From positions 1 to 64,000 of the IMG/VR virus record IMGVR_UViG_3300028048_000065: a DNA stretch of 64,000 nt. One strand, 5' to 3'. Below are positions 39,353 to 50,361 of this stretch, piece by piece (position 1 is the first letter of the stretch; each line of letters opens with the position of its first letter). The notes under the pieces were generated by a model. That model saw only the letters and a program-made list of their open reading frames with translations, was not told the DNA's origin and ran no database searches. Source of the DNA: a virus (lineage: Duplodnaviria > Caudoviricetes). A program made the position numbers and the translations under genes.

Positions 39353-41017
39353 TTAACCTCTTTTAATATTTTGAGCTGATGGTTCTTTTACAAGGTACAT
39401 TTTATTCTTAGCACGAGTTAAAGAGATGTAGCTAAGATTTTTTTCTTGTTGTTGAAGTTCAGGACTGTTTCGAGGGTCAAAACAAACTTTTCCCTCATTT
39501 AAGACAAAAACATTATCTGCTTCAAGCCCTTTTGCTTTATGAACAGAACTTAAAGTAACACAATCAGAAGATGGAGAAGTATTTAAAAGTTTATCTAAAT
39601 ATTTTTGAAATTCTAAGGTAGAAGTATTTCCTGACCTGTTTTGATAATATTTGAGAATTTCAAGAACGAAATTAATATTATCAATTTTAGAATTACTGTC
39701 TGCTACAGTTTCAATTTGTTCTTTTAAAGAGAGATTTTCTTTGCATTCTTCATTAAGAACTTTAGAATTAACAATCTTAGAAACTCTTTCTTGATATTTA
39801 CGAATATCTTTTTCAAATCCCTCCCTTAACGCACGAGTGGAAGGGCATTTCTTTGCTCGTTTAGTTACGACCTTTTTTAAGTTTTCTACGAGCTCTTTAT
39901 CGGGAATACAAACAGGAATACCATGAGTAGCAAGGTCAAGGATTACAGGTGCTAACCAACGATTGTAACGAGAAACAATTTTATCTCCACCTTTTGCAAA
40001 CCTTGAAATATCTTCCTTATTAATTTTTAGAATTTCTCCTTTTGGAGCATCTGGACGAGGAAGAATGGGAATGCCAAATGTTCTATTCACATTAGTAAGA
40101 TGAGACGTAGGACAACGATAACAAATAGGTAAATCAAACGTTTCAATCGGAGCAAATGCTACATAATAATTAGCATAAGCTCTGGAATTTCCTCCCTGAT
40201 AAGCACAAATGGCCTGTTTTTCATCGCCAATTAAAACAAATCTTCCACCTTTTCTTTTTAGGAAAGGTAAAAAAGACTGTTGCAAAAGCGACAAATCCTG
40301 AGCTTCATCTACCACAATATTGAAAAACAAATCATAAAAAGGGACTTTCCATTCTTTATGCTTAAGTTTCCAATAAGTAATATAAAGCATACCACCAAAA
40401 TCAATTATAGAATTATTTTCAAAGGTTTCCCAATCTCGTTTGTTAATATATTGAATGGCTTTAGTTGCGCTTTCTTTAGAGGGAGCGTTATATCCATGTT
40501 CAAAATCTATAAACAATCCATGTCCTTTGATTAATCGAGCAATATCATCTGGATTATTCATGTCAGCCATTGTCATACGAGCAAGATTGTAAAGCGAAAC
40601 ATAGTTTTCTTTAAGGAAAAGCATTTCCATAAATTCGGCATGGTCATGCTTTTCCAAATATTCTTCAACAATCTTATAAATCTTAAGATTGTCAAGAGTT
40701 ACAGAAGAACTTGAACGCTTTCCAAATCCGCCAGAAGTTCCTTTTTCTTCCATATTGGAAAGCATGATACCATATCCAATAGAATGAGTAGTATAAATCT
40801 TCACTTTTGAATTTTTAATTCGCTTCTTAAATTCTTCTACGACAGAATTATTAAAAGCCAAATAAACACTTGGCTGAGTTACCTGTTCAAGTAAAAGACA
40901 AGCTGTGCTTGATTTTCCACTCCCCGCCAAAGCGTTTACCAACATATTATCATGCGGATGGTTCAGAAAAAAGTCTTGAATTTTTTCCTGATATTCACTT
41001 AATTTAAAATCAGCCAT
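39353..41017 (-). CDS. UvrD/Rep-like SF1 helicase
   Basis: ALAGSGKS, VDEAQD, GDEKQAI, CYRC, SVHKAKGLE, TRAK. Confidence 0.9.
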   Translation of the reverse strand: MADFKLSEYQEKIQDFFLNHPHDNMLVNALAGSGKSSTACLLLEQVTQPSVYLAFNNSVVEEFKKRIKNSKVKIYTTHSIGYGIMLSNMEEKGTSGGFGKRSSSSVTLDNLKIYKIVEEYLEKHDHAEFMEMLFLKENYVSLYNLARMTMADMNNPDDIARLIKGHGLFIDFEHGYNAPSKESATKAIQYINKRDWETFENNSIIDFGGMLYITYWKLKHKEWKVPFYDLFFNIVVDEAQDLSLLQQSFLPFLKRKGGRFVLIGDEKQAICAYQGGNSRAYANYYVAFAPIETFDLPICYRCPTSHLTNVNRTFGIPILPRPDAPKGEILKINKEDISRFAKGGDKIVSRYNRWLAPVILDLATHGIPVCIPDKELVENLKKVVTKRAKKCPSTRALREGFEKDIRKYQERVSKIVNSKVLNEECKENLSLKEQIETVADSNSKIDNINFVLEILKYYQNRSGNTSTLEFQKYLDKLLNTSPSSDCVTLSSVHKAKGLEADNVFVLNEGKVCFDPRNSPELQQQEKNLSYISLTRAKNKMYLVKEPSAQNIKRG

Positions 41018-42137
41018 TGGAAATCAACTCCAAATAATGTTGTTTTAGTTTTTGTGCTGCGAGAACTAAATCTATTCTATCATTACTTTCGTCAAAAGTC
41101 AAGCGAATTTCTCCGCGAATATAATCTTCTGGCACTTTCATGTATTCAAGGACTTTACTTGGCTCCATGCTGCCCGTATTACAAGCACTTCCCGTACCAA
41201 TACAAATTTCGTCCTGATTCATCATCATTTGCAAAACTTCACTTTCAACATCCTTAAAACAAATATTGATAGTAGAATTTACACTGTTAGCTGGAGAGAC
41301 GATGTAAACATAATCATTGGCAAAATTGTCTTTCATAAGCTCATCATAAAATGCCTTTTTTAAGGTCTTACAATAAGCCATTTTACTCTCTTGTATGGCA
41401 ATAGCTTCATCAACAGCTAATGCCAAAGCGTGACAAAACGGGACATTTTCAGTTCCACCACGAGTTCCCTTTTCTTGATGCCCATAGATTAAAGGCTTAA
41501 TTTTGTCAGGAGGAAATACTTCTTTGTTAAAATAAACTACTCCAATATTTTTAGGAGCGCCAATTTTATGTCCTGACATTGTTGCACAATCTACTCCCCA
41601 ACCTTTAAGGTTAAGTTTTACGTTGCCAACAGCCTGAGTAATATCAGTATGAAATGCCATGCCGAGTTCATGCGCATAATGACTATATTTATTAAGATTA
41701 AAAATTTCTCCCGTTTCAGAATTTACAAGTTGCCAACTTAAAAGAAAATTTCCAAAAGAACTAATTCGAGCATTAGACAAAATATCATTAGAGAGCGCAC
41801 CTAATATAGCCATATCGAGATAATCATCATCAATAATACATGATTTCGGATTTAAAAGAATACTATCATGCTCATAAGGAGAGCACAGGCATTTGTTTCT
41901 CTGATTTAAAATCCAACTATTCCCCTCAGAAGCGCCAGAAGTAAAATAAATTTCATCGGTATCTACACCTAAACAATGTGCAATTTTTGCACGACTTGCT
42001 TCAAGGATTCGTTTGGATTCCATACCAATATCATACATGGTGCTCGCATTTCCCCACAGGTCTTGTAGGTCTTCTACTAATACTTGATAAATGCGGGGAT
42101 TGATTGGATTAGTTGCTGCGTGGTCTAAATAAATCAC
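41010..42137 (-). CDS. iscS: cysteine desulfurase (IscS/NifS)
   Basis: IYLDHAAT, FTSGASE, SGHKIGAPK, GTGSAC. Confidence 0.9.
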   Translation of the reverse strand: MIYLDHAATNPINPRIYQVLVEDLQDLWGNASTMYDIGMESKRILEASRAKIAHCLGVDTDEIYFTSGASEGNSWILNQRNKCLCSPYEHDSILLNPKSCIIDDDYLDMAILGALSNDILSNARISSFGNFLLSWQLVNSETGEIFNLNKYSHYAHELGMAFHTDITQAVGNVKLNLKGWGVDCATMSGHKIGAPKNIGVVYFNKEVFPPDKIKPLIYGHQEKGTRGGTENVPFCHALALAVDEAIAIQESKMAYCKTLKKAFYDELMKDNFANDYVYIVSPANSVNSTINICFKDVESEVLQMMMNQDEICIGTGSACNTGSMEPSKVLEYMKVPEDYIRGEIRLTFDESNDRIDLVLAAQKLKQHYLELISNG

Positions 42138-43485
42138 AACTTAATCTCCTTTTCAGCCTCATAATAAATATAGGCTGCCATTACGCTTTTATCATAAGGA
42201 GTAATCCTTACATCAGTAATCTTAGCCCCAGCCTTAATTAACTTCTTTTCTGCATCATGGATACTATAAACAATGTCTTTATAATATGCAGAAACATAAT
42301 AAATATAAATCATTTTGTTACCTCAATCCCATAAATCAAAATAATATTTTTCAAAAAGTTCACAGAATTTGTGAAGTTCTTCTTTTCTCCATTTGTTCTG
42401 TTCACGAGTCTTTGCTTTACTATCTGCCATATGAGAATATCTTTCATCCGCAATTTCTTCAATTCCAGCATTGCGCAAATGAGTTGCCATCTCTTTAAGA
42501 ATACCTTTCCAATCATCTATGTTATTAATATTAATCTCCCAAGGATGAGAACAAGTATTCTCTGCATATTCGTCAAACATATCAGCAACGACATGAGCAA
42601 ACCAACTGTCCATGTCATACCAATCCGAACAGCAATATCCTTTAGTTACTCTCTGTTTAGCCCATTTCAACTGACGAGGCAGCATCTTTAAATTTTTCCA
42701 ATAAAGAAAAGACTTGTAATGAAAAAATTTATCGAAAACATTATATTTATTCACTTCATCAAAACCTTTCCATTATATTTATTGCAAAGATAATAACCTA
42801 CACCTTCTGTTTCATCACGAGTATGAAAAAATTCAGCCAAAGAGGGGCAGGTAGTAATAGACCCAGCAGGAAAATAATCATACTTATCATAATTGACTTC
42901 CATGTATGCGTTACAATCTTCTTCTTGAGCATAAAATTCATTTACTGGGATAATATTACCTGTTCCATCAATTATAAATTCATCTGCTTGCATAGAAGAA
43001 ATGTAAAAATTAAAAGGGCGATTACCATTGAGAGCGGGAATAGTAATTTCAAAATCACTATTTGAATCAAATGTGCCACATGGAATAAAATAAAACACCT
43101 TAGCGTAACTGTTTTGCTTTACTTCTTCAAGAATCTTATTTACATCAAGCATTTTTGTTTTCCTCTGTTTCTTCAATTTTCTTAAAAATATAAAACTCAG
43201 ACCAAGAACCCACGTCAATAATAATTTCGCTCATATCTTCATTGAAATTCATTCGAGTATAATAACTCTTAAATGTAGATTTCTTTGCCTTTTCTTCATC
43301 GTAATGTTCGCCATATTTCTCTTTTAACTGGATGATTTTTACATCATTCATAGCATCAATATGACGCTTAATAACTTTCCAACCTTCAGAAAAATCGGAA
43401 TCAATACCAAAAGCTGTACCAATGGTTTCACAGTCTTTTAGCCAAAACTTCTTTCCTTTGCTATTTTTAAAAAATACTTGATATT

Positions 43486-43740
43486 TCATCTTAAACTCTC
43501 CACATCAAATTCACCGTTAACGCATTTACCGTAACAATCATATTCAAAGGTATATTCATCATTAGAAAGAATGATACCAGTAATTACTTTTTGAAATTTA
43601 TGTGTAAACTTGTTTAACAGATTTTGTTCAATCACTTTAATTTCGCAAATCTGGTCATAAGCATCATAAGCTAAATCATGGACAATTACTTTCTAACTAT
43701 CCATTAAAATCAAGGTTTTATAAGGCAACTTTCTACCCAT
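43486..43740 (-). CDS. hypothetical protein (1 in-frame TAG)
   Basis: AGGAG RBS and ATG 43740, TAG at 43693-43695, ends in ATGA overlap with the next gene. Confidence 0.65.
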
Positions 43741-43817
43741 ATTTTTCTCCTTTATATAAAGAAACACCTATGGCTTCTCATTTTCTAATCTGAGTATACC
43801 ACAGGTGTTATTATTTG

Positions 43818-44537
43818 TCAAGTATTATTTTTAAGATTCTTTTTTAAAATTTCCTGAACTATATCTTTTGTAGGATAGCGTCCGCAACATTTATTTCCCT
43901 CTGGACAATACATAAGCGCTTCACAATTTGGAACAAGATAAGATTTAAGCTCAGGTAAAACCTTTAATACTTCGTCTCGACATTGACGTGCAAATTCCTG
44001 AGAAAAGTCTTCCGCACGGGAACATAAACGAATATTACAAAGATGGATAAGAGCCTCTAAATCAAAACCAATTACAAAGGCTGTATGAGTAGACATAGGT
44101 AAAACATAACGAGCTGATTGATTAGCAATTTCTGTTTTATTAGTTTTCTTTTGTACATACTCTTGAATTTCTTTGTATAGTTCTGCTGTAGCACTCATAT
44201 GTAAATCATATTTCTCCATAAGAACAGGATTATCTTTAATTGTAGCAGGAACTTCATAAGCAAAACCGCTTTCATTTATGTAGCGAAAACTACCACAATT
44301 CTTAAAAACTCCCTCTTCGGCTCGAATGATTTGGTCCATACAAGCTCTTGGAACGTCTGTTACATAAAACTTAAAAAAATCTCCGCGACTCCCTGAATAA
44401 TGACCTGATGCTTGACAATGTTTCCCAATTTTTTCAAGATTAGCTTCCATACCAGAAGCATAGCACACTTGAGCTACTTGCCCCCAATTATAATAAAGCA
44501 ATTTAATTTGCGTAGGATTTAAAAGTTCAACTTTCAA
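43818..44537 (-). CDS. thyX: FAD-dependent thymidylate synthase
   Basis: A..CY, GHYS, VPRAC..QIIR, SFRY, ARYVLP, RLC..A; motif is divergent. Confidence 0.75.
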   Translation of the reverse strand: MKVELLNPTQIKLLYYNWGQVAQVCYASGMEANLEKIGKHCQASGHYSGSRGDFFKFYVTDVPRACMDQIIRAEEGVFKNCGSFRYINESGFAYEVPATIKDNPVLMEKYDLHMSATAELYKEIQEYVQKKTNKTEIANQSARYVLPMSTHTAFVIGFDLEALIHLCNIRLCSRAEDFSQEFARQCRDEVLKVLPELKSYLVPNCEALMYCPEGNKCCGRYPTKDIVQEILKKNLKNNT

Positions 44538-45142
44538 GCTCTTGTTTCTCCTTTCTTGTATTTCATTAAAAGATATTCAAATGTTTGTGGAGTATAATTC
44601 ATATAAGGCATCATACAACCAACATTAATCATTTGAGCTCTGTTTTGATAAGGATTATCAGACTGAGCTAATTTCTCTTTTGCCATTTTTGCAAAATCTT
44701 CCACCAAGCTTTGCTCAGAAGTTACATGAGTATGCCCATGTAAATGAAAAGTTTGTGGATAACAAGAACCATAATAACTTAGAATTGCATAATGAGAAAG
44801 GACTAAACGATAATCTTTTCCATCTACTTTTTCATTAAGCTCTTTATATGAAGTAATCTCAGCTAAAGCCTTTTGAACTCCTGTAGAATATTGCCTTGGG
44901 TCATGATTGCCTAAAATTAAATGAATATTGCCATTTAATTTATGAATAATACGAAGCCATTCATCAGAACCAGCTTTCCAAATGAAATCCCCCAATAAGT
45001 ATACATGGTCTCCATTAGAAACTTGATTGTTCCAGCGAGAAATAAGGTCAGCTTCCATTTCTTCTGTTGTATCGTATGGGCGAGAGTCGAACTTAATTAC
45101 GTTCGTATGAGATAGGTGTAAATCAGAAATGTAATAATTCAT
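44534..45142 (-). CDS. calcineurin-like metallophosphoesterase
   Basis: SDLH, LGD, GNHD, HGHTH. Confidence 0.9.
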   Translation of the reverse strand: MNYYISDLHLSHTNVIKFDSRPYDTTEEMEADLISRWNNQVSNGDHVYLLGDFIWKAGSDEWLRIIHKLNGNIHLILGNHDPRQYSTGVQKALAEITSYKELNEKVDGKDYRLVLSHYAILSYYGSCYPQTFHLHGHTHVTSEQSLVEDFAKMAKEKLAQSDNPYQNRAQMINVGCMMPYMNYTPQTFEYLLMKYKKGETRA

Positions 45143-45812
45143 AGTGACTCACCAAATTTCTCCTTCTCAAGTTCATCTTCCCATCCATGAATAAACAAAA
45201 CATTACCATCAAAATCTGAAACCATATATTTATAATAGGGACAATAATCACAATAATCTGTATATACCCACTTTTTTAAATGAAGAAAGCCGTAACGTAT
45301 TGTTTCAATAGTATCTTCTTTTCCGATTTGCCTTAGATATTCTCGACAACATTTATGAGCTTCTTTTTCATTAGAGCAGGAAAGTTCAAAAGAACAAACA
45401 TGACGATGATTAAAGCCACAAAAATTTTCTTTCCTTTTTTCGTGAAATTCTTCATAAAATTCTTCTGCTAATTCTCTAAACTTTTTCCTATACTTGTCAT
45501 AGATAGGTTTTTCTTCATCAATTAAATGTTGAAGAGCAACATCTTCATGATGTGTATACTCAAGTTCTTTCATCTCGTCCCTCACTATACTTGAATTTTG
45601 CCCACTTGTGCTTTGCCATACATTCATTTTCATACTGACAATCAGCTTCACAACCATATACCATATATTGATTAGCACAATAATCGCAAGGCTGATAGCC
45701 ACAAGAAATTATCTCTGCCACATCTTTTGAATAGCCAATATGTTCCATTTTTTCATGAACAAGACAAGCTAACTTGTCGGGGAATTCTTTATCGCAATAA
45801 GTACAATAATAT

Positions 45813-46253
45813 TTAACGTACATTCTTTTTACCGTAAGCCTTTTCTTTCTGGTCTTCCAGAATTTCATTAAGTCCATCAAGATTTGGAGCTTGTGGACAA
45901 GGTTCGTTGCTAAATGTTGTAAGCATATTAATTAGCTTAACATGACGATAATCCATTGGCTTATAATTAGGGTCTTTGTACTTTGAACAAATAAACCTCC
46001 TACAAACATCAGGTCTTACCTCATAAATCATACACTTTTTATCTTCAGAAAGAAATGGGCAAATATCCATAAAATTAGAAGATAAAAGAGGAGTATAATT
46101 GTGTGGTTTAATCTCTGGATGCTTCTTGAGATACTTTTTAATGCGAAGAATCTGATTTGGATTTACAGGCAAAATTGCACTACAGCATCTTCCACATTGC
46201 GAACATTCTCTATCTTTAGTGTTATCAATAGGGGCTGCCATAAACTGATTCAT
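45813..46253 (-). CDS. YkgJ-family cysteine cluster (CxxCxxCC) protein
   Basis: CSQCGRCC, CPFL, CMIYEVRPDVCR. Confidence 0.85.
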   Translation of the reverse strand: MNQFMAAPIDNTKDRECSQCGRCCSAILPVNPNQILRIKKYLKKHPEIKPHNYTPLLSSNFMDICPFLSEDKKCMIYEVRPDVCRRFICSKYKDPNYKPMDYRHVKLINMLTTFSNEPCPQAPNLDGLNEILEDQKEKAYGKKNVR

Positions 46254-46672
46254 GAAGCAATCTCCTCTCTAACACGCATAAGAATTTTTCCGAGCTTGTT
46301 TTGACCTACCCCATTACAAACTCCCCATGTAGTATCATGCCACCAATTTCCCTCTTCAAGATAAGCGTCACCAGTATCAAGAAGAAGTTTGGCGAGATTT
46401 TTGTTCTGAGTAAATTTTGCACTAACAATTTCATACATTGTTTGCTCTTTAATATCTTCCCAATCTTTGCGCAACTTACAATTCCTACCAGCAAGTTTTG
46501 CTTGAGCTGGATTCATGGAAACATATTTTTTACGGTCTTCATCTCTAATTTCTTTCTGCGCTTGAAAAGCCGCTTCTGAATTTTGATAGGTTAAGCCATT
46601 ATAACTTACAGGAGCATTATAAAAATTAGAGAGAAAAGCATAAGCATCAAAAAACTGTTTGATAGATTCCAT
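46250..46672 (-). CDS. NADAR (YbiA-like) protein
   Basis: FLSNFY, SEAAFQAQK, AKFTQN, WG, GQNKLGKILM. Confidence 0.9.
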   Translation of the reverse strand: MESIKQFFDAYAFLSNFYNAPVSYNGLTYQNSEAAFQAQKEIRDEDRKKYVSMNPAQAKLAGRNCKLRKDWEDIKEQTMYEIVSAKFTQNKNLAKLLLDTGDAYLEEGNWWHDTTWGVCNGVGQNKLGKILMRVREEIAS

Positions 46673-46673
46673 T

Positions 46674-48626
46674 TTAAAGTCCTGCTTTCTTAATAAATTC
46701 GTCTTCTGACATAATAGGAATATTAAGCTTCTTAGCCTTTTCAGCCTTACTTGAACCACTATCTCCATCATTTGTAAGCAAGAAAGAAGTCTTTGCCGAT
46801 ACTGAACCAGAAAGCTTTCCTCCACGGTTAGTAATAATTTGCTCCAATTCTGAGCGTTTATAATTATTAAAGCTGCCCGTAACAACAAAAGTCTTACCTG
46901 AAATAAAATCATCTGCACTAACCTTGGGAGCTTCTTCAACAATAAAACTAAACTCCTTATCAAGACCAGCCCAAAGAGGATTAGGATTAACCCAAGCATC
47001 ATTCATAGCATCTGCCATTGCTTTACCAAAATCATCAAGAGTGCTAAAATCAAATCCATGTTCCCACGCATCTTTGAAGAAACCATAGTTACCATTAAAT
47101 GCCTTAGAAATAGTCTTACCAGCAGTCTTTCCAATAAGAGGAATACCAAGGGAAGTGATAAAATTACTCAGCTTAATCTCACGAGATAGCTCGATAGCTT
47201 CATAAAGCTTCTTATAACTCTTTTCACCAAAACCATCAAGCTTAATGATTTCATCCTTGTGGTCGGACAAATGATAAATGTCCGCAAAAGTCTTAATAAA
47301 GCCGAGGTCAATAAACTTAGAAAGGATTGCTTCACTCAAGCCATCAATATTTGCACAAGGCTTGGAAACAAAATGCACAAACTGAGCAAGCTGTTTAGCA
47401 GCACAAGAAAAATTGTCACACCATATAGTTTCAGCCCCTGATGAAGAAATTTCTCTGCGTAATTTACCGCCACAACAGGGACAGGTTTCAGGAATAATAA
47501 GATTATTACTTTCAGTAAAGTTCTTTACTATGTTAGGAATAACTTCATTCATTCTGGATACCGCTATTTCGTCTCCAATACCGAGTTTAAGGTTTTTAAT
47601 AAAGGTAATATTGTTTAAAGTAGCTCGTGAAGTAATAGCTCCCCCTAAGTCTACAGGCTTAAAAATGGCTGTTGGAAAAACTACTCCTGTTTTCCCTACA
47701 TTCCATTGTACATCCTCTAAAACAGTTTTAATCTGTTCCATTTTTCTTTTCCATGCAAATTGCGAGTTCAAATGATGGGATGTTGCTCCCAAAGATTCTC
47801 CAAAACTTACGTCATCATAAGAAACAACTAAACCATCAACAGGAATCTTAGCTTCCGAAGCTTTTTTATAATACATATTTTCAAAAAGTGACGGAAGTTC
47901 ATCTAAAGAAATTTTGCCATAAAATTTATGTGGAACTACTTCAAACCCCAAGTCACTTAAAATGTTTAAATTGTTTTCAAAAGAATTAGTTAAGGTCTCT
48001 CCTTTAACATATTTCCAAGCAATAAAACTTAAATTACGGTCTTTTGTTACTTGAGTATCGAGTTGTCTAATACCACCAGCAGCATAGTTGCGAGGATGAG
48101 AAAAATCATCTGAACAATTAGCCTGATTAAAAGCGTCCCATTTAACAATAATTTCTCCATCTACTACTATTTCGTCTTGTTCAGAAATTGTTAATGGAAC
48201 ATTAGAAACCATTTTTATATTTTCTGTTACATCTTCTCCAATAAAGCCATCTCCCCTTGTTTCTGCTCTTACTAATTTTCCTTTTTTATATAAAAGGCTA
48301 CAAGTAAGACCATCACATTTAAGCATAAAAACAACAGGTTGTTCCCCAATAAATTTCTTTATTTCTTCATTATCTGTGCTTTTAGCTAAACTTAGCATAG
48401 GATGGTTATGTTTAACTTTTTTTAAAGAAGATTGAATAGTAGCTCCAACCTTTTGAGTTGGAGAACCATTGAATTTTAATCCCGTTTCAGCTTCCAACGC
48501 TTTCAACTCATCAAAAAGTGCGTCGTATTCAGCATCTTCAACTAAAGAAATGTTATTATTATAATAAGAATTTCGATAAAAATTAATCTTTTCTATTAAT
48601 TCTAAAATTCTTTCTGACAATTTCAT
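46674..48626 (-). CDS. ligA: NAD-dependent DNA ligase
   Basis: YD.L..EL, HPMLSL, KCDG, TRGDG, PRNYAAG, Zn finger, HhH, BRCT; own GGAG RBS before ATG 48626. Confidence 0.9.
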   Translation of the reverse strand: MKLSERILELIEKINFYRNSYYNNNISLVEDAEYDALFDELKALEAETGLKFNGSPTQKVGATIQSSLKKVKHNHPMLSLAKSTDNEEIKKFIGEQPVVFMLKCDGLTCSLLYKKGKLVRAETRGDGFIGEDVTENIKMVSNVPLTISEQDEIVVDGEIIVKWDAFNQANCSDDFSHPRNYAAGGIRQLDTQVTKDRNLSFIAWKYVKGETLTNSFENNLNILSDLGFEVVPHKFYGKISLDELPSLFENMYYKKASEAKIPVDGLVVSYDDVSFGESLGATSHHLNSQFAWKRKMEQIKTVLEDVQWNVGKTGVVFPTAIFKPVDLGGAITSRATLNNITFIKNLKLGIGDEIAVSRMNEVIPNIVKNFTESNNLIIPETCPCCGGKLRREISSSGAETIWCDNFSCAAKQLAQFVHFVSKPCANIDGLSEAILSKFIDLGFIKTFADIYHLSDHKDEIIKLDGFGEKSYKKLYEAIELSREIKLSNFITSLGIPLIGKTAGKTISKAFNGNYGFFKDAWEHGFDFSTLDDFGKAMADAMNDAWVNPNPLWAGLDKEFSFIVEEAPKVSADDFISGKTFVVTGSFNNYKRSELEQIITNRGGKLSGSVSAKTSFLLTNDGDSGSSKAEKAKKLNIPIMSEDEFIKKAGL

Positions 48627-49736
48627 TTTATTACTCCATTTAATATAACGATTATATTTTCTATTAAGATAGATAGTAGCATCTTCATAAAGCCAATCAA
48701 GAAAAATTTTGCACTCTTGCATTTTGCTGAGTCTTAAATCCCATATTTGAGTTCGCGTTTCTTGATAAAGTGTAAAATTTACTTTTAACTTATCATATAA
48801 ATAATCTTTTATCGCATTTAAGAAATTATAATTACCTGTAAAATAACAACTTATTGAACGTCTCTTGCCACAACTTAACCCTCCATCTCCATCAAAATAA
48901 CCACGAATAAAATGTTTAATTAAATTCTCTTCTAAATAAGAGGGGAAAGTAATTTTAAAACTTTTATTTTGACACAGACCTTTTTCTAATAATTTTTGAG
49001 TCATTGCTACACTCTATATTACAAATGAAGGATAATATTTATCAGTCAATTTTTGGTAAATAAAAAATAAAGGTTTTTCATTTTTTGTAATTTGTCTAAA
49101 TTTTTCCAAATGTTCTACATCTTCAGGCTTTAACGTAATAGTTAAAGTATTTCTATCTTCACTTATACTGCCATCTGCAAAGACAAACCCTAAAAAGTAT
49201 GCCTTTTCCTAAGTATCAACATCATCAAAAAAGCTCAAATCAAAAGAATAAAGACGATGCCTATCTTCAAAAAGTTTTACATTTTCTTCTTTTAAAATTT
49301 CATACATGGTATTTGGAGTGGTTTTGTGTTTACGGCAAATTTCAATTAAATTTAATTTTTTATTGATATAATCTTCTTTTAATTCTTCTCTATTTATTTT
49401 TTCTTTATTAGTTGCTCTTTCCCACCCATATTTTCTTGCTAAACCGTGAAGTGCTGTTTGAGGTGCTTTATATTTTAAAACCAATTCATCTAAAGTTAAT
49501 ATTCCTTTTAAATAATCTTGCTTAAAATCATCTAAATGAGAATATAAAAAAGTATATTGATTGTTTCCTTTTGGCTCATTTAATCTATGAGAACTCAAAA
49601 AACGAGCCATTGTTGATTGAGAAACATTAAATCTTCGCCCAAGTTCTGTTATATTTACCCGCTAATTAAATAACTATTCAATCTTTTCTTTATTTTCTTC
49701 AAGCTAATCCTTCAAATATTTTTTACTCATTGTCAT
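48627..49736 (-). CDS. LAGLIDADG homing endonuclease, in frame with ligA (5 TAG)
   Basis: DT*EKAYFLGFVFADG and HFIRGYFDGDG; no stop before ligA. Confidence 0.85.
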
Positions 49737-50190
49737 GTACTCCGTTCAACTTATTAACAGCGTCAACAAGTTCATTAATTTTATTTAAAACTTTTTTATA
49801 TAAATGCTCATAATTATAAGCAGGAGATTCACAAATTCTTTTAAAGTAAGCAAGAGTATTTTCTGGAAGCTTTTCGATTGTTTTATCTGTTTTAGTTGCA
49901 CTAATAATTTCACTATTGTCATTAATTTTATAAATTCCAATTTGCGAAAACGTTCTTCCAATTAGGTATGCTGGACATCTAAAAATGAGTCCCGCTTTTT
50001 CTCCGTCTGTCCTCACTCCAATTAGAACTTTCGTGGTGACTTCAACAGTTTTTTTAGTTAAATTCGAAACGAAGCTGTTATCGACTTCCTCAATTTCTGT
50101 AATATAACCAGTCCAACCATTTCTTGCGACTACAATATTTCCAATATTGATTTTGTCTAAAGTAATCTTCTCCATTATGCGTGTCTCCAA
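49723..50190 (-). CDS. hypothetical protein
   Basis: ORF. Confidence 0.5.
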   Translation of the reverse strand: METRIMEKITLDKINIGNIVVARNGWTGYITEIEEVDNSFVSNLTKKTVEVTTKVLIGVRTDGEKAGLIFRCPAYLIGRTFSQIGIYKINDNSEIISATKTDKTIEKLPENTLAYFKRICESPAYNYEHLYKKVLNKINELVDAVNKLNGVHDNE

Positions 50191-50361
50191 TCATCTTTTG
50201 CGTCTAAAATTTTTTTATATTCATCGTCCGAAACATCCCCAAATAAAAGATGGATTTTATTTGCTTGTTCACCACAACATCTTGTGTCTCTAAAATCCTC
50301 TGACCACAATATATTGTGGTATGACGGTCGTTTTTTGGCCGAAAACCACAATTTTTCGTTT

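Noticed and set aside
46673-47002. N-terminal 110 aa of the 250-aa ORF 46250-47002
   Set aside because: Out-of-frame overlap with the ligA BRCT region; NADAR starts at ATG 46672.
48627-49736. Intein or group I intron in ligA
   Set aside because: The endonuclease is N-terminal to the whole ligase, with no splice-junction residues and no flanking exon.
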